Shown here: positions 63,159 to 64,000 of the stretch, piece after piece
Numbering within the stretch: the first letter of the stretch is position 1
Layout of the letters: each line of letters opens with the position of its first letter
Source: Candidatus Acidiferrales bacterium
GTDB lineage: Bacteria; Acidobacteriota; Terriglobia; Acidiferrales; UBA7541
Direction: 5' to 3'
NCBI GenBank assembly: GCA_035696345.1
Contig: DASRQU010000061.1
Coordinates: forward strand, 4,599-68,598
Length of the DNA stretch: 64,000 bases
Notes under the pieces: model-generated
What the model saw: the letters and a program-made list of their open reading frames with translations, nothing else
The model's database searches: none
What the model was told of the DNA's origin: nothing
Position numbers and translations under genes: made by a program

Positions 63159-64000
63159 TGCCTCCCATGGGTTCGATCGTCACGCGCCGCGAAACATTGC
63201 GGTATAGAAACAAGGCACACACTGCGGACAACGCCAGCAAAACGATTCCGGTTCCCAGCGCGCCTAAAAAAAGTTTCCCGGCGCCAAATAATGCCGCGTA
63301 CACCATAGCGCAGCCAAGCGCCCATGCCAGCAAATTTTTCCCCAAGTCGCGCGTTTCCGGCACGTCGGGCGCCAGGGCCGCGATGTGCCGCCAGCCCGCG
63401 GCGTGGGGCCGCACTTTTCTGTAAAACGGCAGCAGAATTTCCTCCGGCTCGGGCGGCGTAAGCAGGGTAACCGCAATCCACACGGCAGTCGTCACGGCCG
63501 TCGTAGCCAGCGTTGTTTTCGCAAAAACGACGGACGCGCTGCCGTCAAAAAATTGCCAGTGGTGCAGCATCAATGTCATGAGCAGCGCCGTGGCCATGGC
63601 TGAAATTTCGCTCCACGCATTGATGCGCCACCAGTACCAGCGCAGGAGATATACTCCGCCAGTCCCCGCGCCCACTTCCAGAACCGCTTCCCAGCCCTGT
63701 CCGATGCTTACGAGTTGCGCTGACACGTAGGCCGAAGCCGCGACCAGCAACAATGTGGAGATGCGAGAAACATTCACGTAATGTTTTTCCGTTGCCTCGC
63801 GCCGCACAAATCGTCTGTAAAAATCTTCCACCAGATACGAACTGCCCCAGTTCAGCTGCGTCGCGATTGTCGACATAAACGCCGCCATGAATCCTGCGAC
63901 GAGAATTCCGCGCAATGCGTGCGGCACGTATGTGGTGGCTACCAGCATGTAGCCTGTTTCCGGATGCTGCAAGCCGGGATACAGCGCCGCAGCCGCGAGC
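63148..64000 (-). CDS. Sodium:solute symporter family transporter (C-terminal part; 5' end outside window)
   Basis: The frame stays open to nt 64000. Motifs AAFMSTIATQLNWGSSYLVEDFYRRF and GGVYLLRWYWWRINAWSE, followed by several C-terminal TM segments. Confidence 0.8.
   Translation of the reverse strand, partial: LAAAALYPGLQHPETGYMLVATTYVPHALRGILVAGFMAAFMSTIATQLNWGSSYLVEDFYRRFVRREATEKHYVNVSRISTLLLVAASAYVSAQLVSIGQGWEAVLEVGAGTGGVYLLRWYWWRINAWSEISAMATALLMTLMLHHWQFFDGSASVVFAKTTLATTAVTTAVWIAVTLLTPPEPEEILLPFYRKVRPHAAGWRHIAALAPDVPETRDLGKNLLAWALGCAMVYAALFGAGKLFLGALGTGIVLLALSAVCALFLYRNVSRRVTIEPMGGSVV

Overview
This 64 kb window looks like chromosomal DNA from a GC-rich soil-type bacterium. The dense families of GCTTCAGCC-type hairpin repeats and the gene content fit Acidobacteriota, but that assignment is inference only. 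I support about 57 protein-coding genes and found no rRNA, tRNA, CRISPR array, transposase or integrase. All product calls rest on motifs read from the ORF translations; no database search was possible.

Main content:
- Housekeeping genes: metG, argS, a polyprenyl synthase, a TatD hydrolase, a class I-beta DAHP synthase and hemD.
- Many periplasmic redox proteins: a PaoABC-like molybdoenzyme, two PQQ dehydrogenases, a two-domain cupredoxin, SCO1, a monoheme and a pentaheme cytochrome c, and a Tat-exported flavoprotein.
- An ECF sigma/anti-sigma operon.
- A co-directional cluster of TauD, a flavin monooxygenase, a hydrolase, two MFS transporters and a radical SAM enzyme.
- A lower-GC segment at about 25.4-33.4 kb. 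It carries a Crp/Fnr regulator, a GT-C-like membrane protein and three tandem 429-codon acyltransferase-3 paralogues, and is flanked by an ExeA-like AAA ATPase with a LysM tail.

The strongest finding is not in the ORF track. It is a complete ribosome-mediated attenuator in front of the DAHP synthase gene: a leader peptide MHSNSYYWFAFTYRFPW..., alternative 1:2, 2:3 and 3:4 pairings, and a U-tract terminator.

Other leads:
- A PQQ alcohol dehydrogenase with the D-x-D lanthanide-type signature, sitting next to cupredoxin and SCO1 genes.
- A Tat-flavoprotein plus pentaheme cytochrome pair.
- An orphan radical SAM/SPASM gene.
- Three related repeat families that fill many intergenic regions.
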